In this document: one piece after another, positions 27,824-32,000 of the stretch
Position numbering within the stretch: position 1 is the stretch's first letter
Layout of the letters: each line of letters starts with the position of its first letter
Program-made: the position numbers and the translations under genes
Assembly (NCBI RefSeq): GCF_001945605.1
Contig: NZ_MPKA01000057.1
Coordinates: 1-32,000, forward strand
Direction of reading: 5' to 3'
DNA: 32,000 bases
Source of the DNA: Dubosiella newyorkensis
Lineage (GTDB): Bacteria; Bacillota_I; Bacilli_A; Erysipelotrichales; Erysipelotrichaceae
Notes under the pieces: model-generated
The model's input: the letters and a program-made list of their open reading frames with translations, nothing else
What the model was told of the DNA's origin: nothing
Database searches by the model: none

Positions 27824-28308
27824 CGAAGTCCTTCCAGCTCTTTGATCTTGATCGTTCTCTGATTTCGATCAACGTCTAAAATAAAAGCATCGACAAATGG
27901 AACTAAGAAAGAGTCTTTTCCTTTCTGGATGCGCAGAACAATGTTTGGTCCAGTTTCTAAGATATCGACAACTTTTCCTAATTCTTCACCATTTTCATTA
28001 TAGACTGTGCAGTCGACAAGTTCATGGTAATAAAATTCGTCATCCGATAGTTCAGGAAGATCTTCGATCGGAAAATAGAGCGATTTGCCTTTGAGCGCTT
28101 CTGCTTGTTCGATCGTCTCGATTCCTTTGAAATAAGCGTAGCCAAACCCTTTTTGCATCCGAAACCGTTCAACGACGATCGGTTCTTTCTCGTCGATATA
28201 GAGTGTTCTTCCTTTCTCAAAGCGATGCTCTGCTTCATCGGTGATCAAGTAGAGCTTGCATTCTCCCTTTAGTCCATGGGTGTTGATTATTTTTGCGACT
28301 TTTATCAT
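27820..28308 (-). CDS. rimM: 16S rRNA processing protein RimM
   Basis: 162 aa. The N-terminal GKIINTHGLKGE-like motif and PRC-barrel C-terminus fit RimM. ATGA overlap with trmD. Confidence 0.9.
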   Translation of the reverse strand: MIKVAKIINTHGLKGECKLYLITDEAEHRFEKGRTLYIDEKEPIVVERFRMQKGFGYAYFKGIETIEQAEALKGKSLYFPIEDLPELSDDEFYYHELVDCTVYNENGEELGKVVDILETGPNIVLRIQKGKDSFLVPFVDAFILDVDRNQRTIKIKELEGLR

Positions 28309-28320
28309 ATTTTGCTCCTT

Positions 28321-28350
28321 AAAAAAAGAAGGATGTGTTCGTCACATCCT
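28321..28350 (-). terminator. intrinsic terminator/attenuator inside the rpsP-ylqC-rimM-trmD cluster
   Basis: The minus strand reads AGGATGTG-acgaa-CACATCCT followed by TCTTTTTTT. The hairpin overlaps the ylqC stop codon. The rimM Shine-Dalgarno (AAGGAG) follows directly, leaving no room for a promoter. Confidence 0.7.
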
Positions 28351-28597
28351 AGTAGGCTTCAAATTTTACAGAAATATGGGATTTCATGTTCCGTGCCGCA
28401 ATCGCGATCATTTGTCTTAAACTGCTGGCCATGATCCCTTTTCGTCCGATCAATCGTGCGATATCATCGCTTGATGCGTAAACATATAAAGAAACTTCAT
28501 TTTCGTTCGTTGTCGTCATCGTTTTAACGGACAACGATTTCGCATCATCTACGAGGGGCTTACAAAGATCGTAGAGAGTCTTCTCTAAATCCACCAT
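28349..28597 (-). CDS. KH-domain RNA-binding protein (YlqC/UPF0109)
   Basis: 82 aa with a GxxG-type KH motif (LIGRKGIMASSLRQ). It occupies the conserved position between rpsP and rimM. Confidence 0.85.
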   Translation of the reverse strand: MVDLEKTLYDLCKPLVDDAKSLSVKTMTTTNENEVSLYVYASSDDIARLIGRKGIMASSLRQMIAIAARNMKSHISVKFEAY

Positions 28598-28600
28598 ATT

Positions 28601-28870
28601 TTACTTTCCGTATTTTTCGTCGTGCAGTTCTTTCAATACGCCTTCTTTTGATAAGATCGAGCGAACTGTATCTGTAGGTTGTGCTCCGTTTTTGATCCAT
28701 TTTTTCGCAGCATCTTTATTCAAAGTGATTTTATTTTCATTTTTCATTGGATCGTATGTTCCGATCTCTTCGATAAAGCGTCCATCGCGTGGGCTTCTAG
28801 AATCTGCTGCTACGATACGGTAAAAAGGATGTCCTTTTTTACCCATTCTTTTTAAACGTAATTTTACCAT
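28601..28870 (-). CDS. rpsP: 30S ribosomal protein S16
   Basis: 89 aa with the N-terminus [20 protein letters not shown]. Confidence 0.95.
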   Translation of the reverse strand: MVKLRLKRMGKKGHPFYRIVAADSRSPRDGRFIEEIGTYDPMKNENKITLNKDAAKKWIKNGAQPTDTVRSILSKEGVLKELHDEKYGK

Positions 28871-28901
28871 GGTTCCTCTTCCTTTCGATTTTTACTTCGC
28901 T

Positions 28902-28930
28902 ATTGTAGCAATCAAAAAAAGAAGTGTCAA
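28902..28930 (-). promoter_or_regulatory. rpsP operon promoter, with its -35 embedded in the ffh terminator stem
   Basis: The minus strand reads TTGACA (28925-28930), a 17-nt spacer, then TACAAT (28902-28907). Confidence 0.7.
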
Positions 28931-28950
28931 GTATTTTTCCTTGACACTTC
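28914..28950 (-). terminator. intrinsic terminator after ffh
   Basis: The minus strand reads GAAGTGTCAAG-gaaaaata-CTTGACACTTC (an 11-bp perfect stem) followed by seven T residues. It starts 2 nt past the ffh stop codon. Confidence 0.88.
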
Positions 28951-28952
28951 GA

Positions 28953-30362
28953 CTACTTTTTCTTCTTTTTGCTTTTAGATTTCTTCTTTTTCTTGCTTCC
29001 GGCATGCTTGCTGGCGCCAAATGCTCCGCCCCCACGTTGCATCGCTCCAAAATCTGGCATTTTTCCAGACTTCATCATCTTGGTCAAAGTTTGCATTTGT
29101 TCAACTTGGCTGATCAAACGATTGACATCCATGACTTTGACACCGGCTCCTTTTGCGATCCTAGATTTCCGGCTTGCCTTCAAACAGTTGGGATGCTCTC
29201 TTTCATAAGGAGTCATCGAGTGAATGATCGCTTCATTCTTCTTGACTCCCGCATCAACTTGCTCGTCATCGATTTGTGCGCCTAACTTATTTAAGCCAGG
29301 GATCATTTTCATGACGTTTTGCATAGAACCCATCTTCTTGACTTGTTTATATTGATCAAGAAGGTCGTTGAATGTGAAGATCCCTTCCTGCATTCTTTCA
29401 ACAGCCTTCTTTTGGATTTCCATATCCATTTTGTCTTGCGCTTGCTCAACAAGAGTCAGAATATCTCCCATTCCTAAGATACGATCTGCCATTCGATCTG
29501 GATGGAATTCTTCAAGGTCTTCTACCTTTTCGCCATTTGATACAAACATGACTGGTACATCCGTGATCGTGCGGACAGAAAGCAATCCGCCTCCTCGAGC
29601 ATCGCCATCCATTTTCGTCACCACAAGTCCAGTGATCTGCAGCTGTTCATTGAATTCTTTAGCCACCGTGACGATATCTTGACCTGTCATCGCGTCGACT
29701 GTTAACAGAATATCATCCGGATGTACGATCTCTTTCATTTCTTTGAGTTCGTCCATCAATTCTTCGTCGATATGCAGGCGGCCCGCTGTATCGAAGATCA
29801 CAAGATCTTTTTGATGTTCATTTGCATATTGAAGCGCTTTTCTTGCGGTTTCAATGGCGCTTGTTTGAGCGCCTAGGCTAAATACTTCAACATCGATTTG
29901 TTTTCCTAAAGTTTGTAGCTGTTCGATCGCGGCTGGGCGAACGACATCGCAAGCCACGAGCAGTACGCGTTTTTTTAGTTTTTGTTTCGCAAAGCGGGCG
30001 ATTTTAGCAGAAGCAGTCGTTTTACCAGTTCCCTGCAAGCCGACCATCATAATCGTAGAGAGTCCGTTTGGTTTTAAATGAAGCTTCGCATCGCTTTGTC
30101 CTAATAATTCTTGCAGTTCATCATGAACGATCTTTACGACCATTTGAGATGGATTCAAAGAATCCAATACCTCTTGTCCGAGAGCTTTTTCTTTGACACG
30201 TTCTATAAAATCTTTTACGACCCCATAATTGACATCTGCTTCTAAAAGCGACATACGCACTTCTCGAAGCATATCATTCATATTTTTTTCAGTTAATTTT
30301 CCTTGTCCAGAAATATTTTTTATCGCTTTATTTAAGCGTTCACTCAATGATTCAAATGCCAT
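28953..30362 (-). CDS. ffh: signal recognition particle protein Ffh
   Basis: 469 aa with GLQGTGKTT, DTAGR and TKMDGDARGG motifs, a Met-rich M domain, and a lysine-rich C-terminal tail (KKKKKSKSKKKKK). Confidence 0.95.
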   Translation of the reverse strand: MAFESLSERLNKAIKNISGQGKLTEKNMNDMLREVRMSLLEADVNYGVVKDFIERVKEKALGQEVLDSLNPSQMVVKIVHDELQELLGQSDAKLHLKPNGLSTIMMVGLQGTGKTTASAKIARFAKQKLKKRVLLVACDVVRPAAIEQLQTLGKQIDVEVFSLGAQTSAIETARKALQYANEHQKDLVIFDTAGRLHIDEELMDELKEMKEIVHPDDILLTVDAMTGQDIVTVAKEFNEQLQITGLVVTKMDGDARGGGLLSVRTITDVPVMFVSNGEKVEDLEEFHPDRMADRILGMGDILTLVEQAQDKMDMEIQKKAVERMQEGIFTFNDLLDQYKQVKKMGSMQNVMKMIPGLNKLGAQIDDEQVDAGVKKNEAIIHSMTPYEREHPNCLKASRKSRIAKGAGVKVMDVNRLISQVEQMQTLTKMMKSGKMPDFGAMQRGGGAFGASKHAGSKKKKKSKSKKKKK

Positions 30363-30412
30363 AATTTTTTCCTTTCGAGCTTTTAAAACTTTATAAATTT
30401 TATACCAACCGC

Positions 30413-30441
30413 TCGATATTTTCCATTATTTTTGTTATGGT
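30413..30441 (+). promoter_or_regulatory. candidate extended -10 promoter of the NlpC/P60-like gene
   Basis: TCGATA (30413-30418), a 17-nt spacer ending in TGt, then TATGGT (30436-30441). The ATG at 30448 starts 6 nt after the hexamer. Confidence 0.4.
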
Positions 30442-30447
30442 TTTTAC

Positions 30448-31320
30448 ATGAAGCGAAAAATCCAATACAAACGTTTGATGATTTTGGTTGGTTTTATAAT
30501 TTTTATTCTGATTTGCGCTTGGCTTTTAGTCCGCGCTTTTCTTTCTAAGCCATCTAGTGAATTGTCAAAACCAGCAGAAATAAACACATTAAACACCGAT
30601 TCCTCTATACCAGACCTTTCATCCTTTTTAAAAACTTCTTTATCCCCGGTTGGTAAGGTCATGTATATTTGGGGTGGCGGATGGAATGAAGAGGATACAG
30701 GGGCTGGTGTTGAAGCTACCCGTTTAGGCTTAGCTCCTGCTTGGGTTGAATTTACAAGTCAACAAGATTCTTCTTATGATTATGAGGATCATCTCTATGA
30801 GATCCATAATGGGCTGGATTGTTCTGGTTTTGTAGGCTGGGTGCTCTATAATACTTTTGAACATGAAGATGGAAAAGATGGTTATGTTGCTTTATCGGGA
30901 GAACTCCCTTCAGATCTTGCCCAAAAGGGATGGGGGAAACTGATTCCTGCCGCTAAGATCGATTCTTATGAGCCCGGAGACATTCTTGGAAATGAAGGGC
31001 ATATCTATATCGTTTTGGGAGAAATGGAAGATGGTTCTGTATTGCTCGTTCATTCATCTCCTCCTGGTGTTCAGATCAGTGGAACTCCTACGCCAAATGG
31101 AGATCTTTCTTCTCAAGCGATCCTGCTGGCAAACTCGATCATGTCAGAAAGATATACTGCATGGAGCGAAAAATATCCAAATCATACGGTCGATCTATCT
31201 TATTTGCAAGGTTATGACCAATTTCGTTGGGATCCTTCGATCTTGACGGATGTTCATGGATTAAAAAAAATGCCTACTGATTCTCGGATGGACTATCTTT
31301 TTTCAAGTCTCGAGAATTGA
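30448..31320 (+). CDS. membrane-anchored NlpC/P60-like (papain-fold) cysteine hydrolase, probable cell-wall peptidase
   Basis: 290 aa with an N-terminal TM/signal anchor (LMILVGFIIFILICAWLLV). The motifs YIWGGGW, GLDCSGFVGW (catalytic Cys context), GHIYIV and HSS form a His/His-type triad arrangement. Confidence 0.6.
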   Translation: MKRKIQYKRLMILVGFIIFILICAWLLVRAFLSKPSSELSKPAEINTLNTDSSIPDLSSFLKTSLSPVGKVMYIWGGGWNEEDTGAGVEATRLGLAPAWVEFTSQQDSSYDYEDHLYEIHNGLDCSGFVGWVLYNTFEHEDGKDGYVALSGELPSDLAQKGWGKLIPAAKIDSYEPGDILGNEGHIYIVLGEMEDGSVLLVHSSPPGVQISGTPTPNGDLSSQAILLANSIMSERYTAWSEKYPNHTVDLSYLQGYDQFRWDPSILTDVHGLKKMPTDSRMDYLFSSLEN

Positions 31321-31787
31321 TAGGCATTTCTAGGATCCCCATTGGCTAGATAGATGATCCCGGCATATTGGAATCCATTTCGCAGAATACATTTCTGCAT
31401 TGGAATATTGTCTGCATGGGTATCGATCTTAACATTATTGGATCGGTGAATACCATATTGAAGGATGGTGTCGCCGATCCTTTTCTTCTTTCCTGCGGAA
31501 GCGACTTTATGAAGTACGGCATATGGTTCTTCATTCAACCATTCTCCTTCGATCTTAATATAAGTCGGATCAATTCCTTCATAATAAACAAAAGCTCCTT
31601 CGATACCATCCACGCTCTCAACGATATAAAGCTGTTCTTTTAGTATATCTTCTTTGAGATCCTTTTGATTGGGGTGCCCATCGTTCCATTGATTTGGATT
31701 TCCATGTGTATGCATATAGTTTCGTGCATTTTCATAGAGTTGTTCAAGTTGTTCAAGGTCCGTTGATTTTGCGTTTCGAATTCTCAT
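31293..31787 (-). CDS. GNAT family N-acetyltransferase
   Basis: 164 aa. The NQW..GHP N-terminal motif and acetyl-CoA-binding-like segment (KKKRIGDTILQYG), followed by ...NIPMQKCILRNGFQYAG, are typical of small Firmicute GNATs. Confidence 0.75.
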   Translation of the reverse strand: MRIRNAKSTDLEQLEQLYENARNYMHTHGNPNQWNDGHPNQKDLKEDILKEQLYIVESVDGIEGAFVYYEGIDPTYIKIEGEWLNEEPYAVLHKVASAGKKKRIGDTILQYGIHRSNNVKIDTHADNIPMQKCILRNGFQYAGIIYLANGDPRNAYQFSRLEKR

Positions 31788-32000
31788 TTCTGCTCCCAGT
31801 CGATTTCGTCGATATTCCAGCCAAACTTAATACATGCGATCTTAAGCCAGCAATAATAAGCCACCTTCATGACTTTAGGGATCTTTTTCCAATCCAGAGG
31901 ATATGGTTTAAATTTTGGATTCTGCTTTTTATGTGTCATGAAGATCAAAGTATAAATGATGACCATATCTGTATTGTAGTAGTTCATCGTAAAGTCGAAT
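31784..32000 (-). CDS. hypothetical protein, reading frame open to the window edge (5' end not determinable)
   Basis: The frame is open from 32000 down to the stop codon at 31784, and the first visible ATG is at 31987. ATGA overlap with the GNAT start. The Trp/Lys-rich sequence carries no motif I recognise. Confidence 0.4.
   Translation of the reverse strand, partial: FDFTMNYYNTDMVIIYTLIFMTHKKQNPKFKPYPLDWKKIPKVMKVAYYCWLKIACIKFGWNIDEIDWEQK

Noticed and set aside
31293-32000. A small upstream ORF overlapping a GNAT gene by ATGA, reminiscent of a GNAT-toxin/antitoxin pair (TacAT/AtaRT type)
   Set aside because: The GNAT has the NQW..GHP-type N-terminus of ordinary small Firmicute acetyltransferases. 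The upstream ORF shows no RHH/DUF1778-like features, is Trp/Lys-rich with a hydrophobic stretch, and is open to the window edge, so it may be much longer. There is no positive evidence for a toxin-antitoxin module.
1-32000. Search for CRISPR arrays, tandem or interspersed repeats, IS elements, tRNA/rRNA genes and defence-like gene clusters
   Set aside because: None seen. All intergenic spacers are at most 380 nt and are accounted for by promoters, terminators and leaders. Every ORF longer than 150 aa in a sensible frame is a recognisable housekeeping gene, except for the two accessory genes at the right edge.

Overview
This window is a conserved core-chromosome segment of a low-GC Gram-positive bacterium (Bacillota; my impression is about 40% GC). 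I call 35 protein-coding genes, 33 of them on the minus strand. Reading the minus strand from right to left, the transcription units are: ffh | rpsP-ylqC-(internal terminator)-rimM-trmD-rplS | lepB-rbgA-rnhB | dprA-trmFO-xerC | rpsB-tsf | T-box leader-argGHCJBDF | pyrH-frr | uppS-cdsA-rseP | (plus strand: hemolysin-III/PAQR gene) | smc-ftsY-ylxM-ackA-nrnA. The right edge (30.4-32 kb) holds the only accessory-looking genes: a membrane-anchored NlpC/P60-like hydrolase, a GNAT acetyltransferase and an edge-truncated small ORF. I saw no rRNA, tRNA, CRISPR array, transposase, phage module or defence-like gene cluster. I do not think this window hides a novel multi-gene system. The observations most worth a second look are: (1) a textbook T-box riboswitch with a CGU (Arg) specifier in front of a tightly packed seven-gene arginine biosynthesis operon, which sits as a self-contained cassette inside the normally contiguous rpsB-tsf-pyrH-frr cluster; (2) a strong excess of the tetranucleotide GATC that is confined to coding sequence and arises mostly at NNG|ATC codon junctions; (3) several first-in-operon genes with no Shine-Dalgarno sequence and a -10 hexamer exactly 6 nt upstream of the ATG, making them leaderless-mRNA candidates; (4) synteny rearrangements relative to the Bacillus subtilis layout, with ylxM separated from ffh; (5) compact promoter/terminator overlaps. 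All calls come from reading the ORF translations and the DNA by eye. No searches were run.
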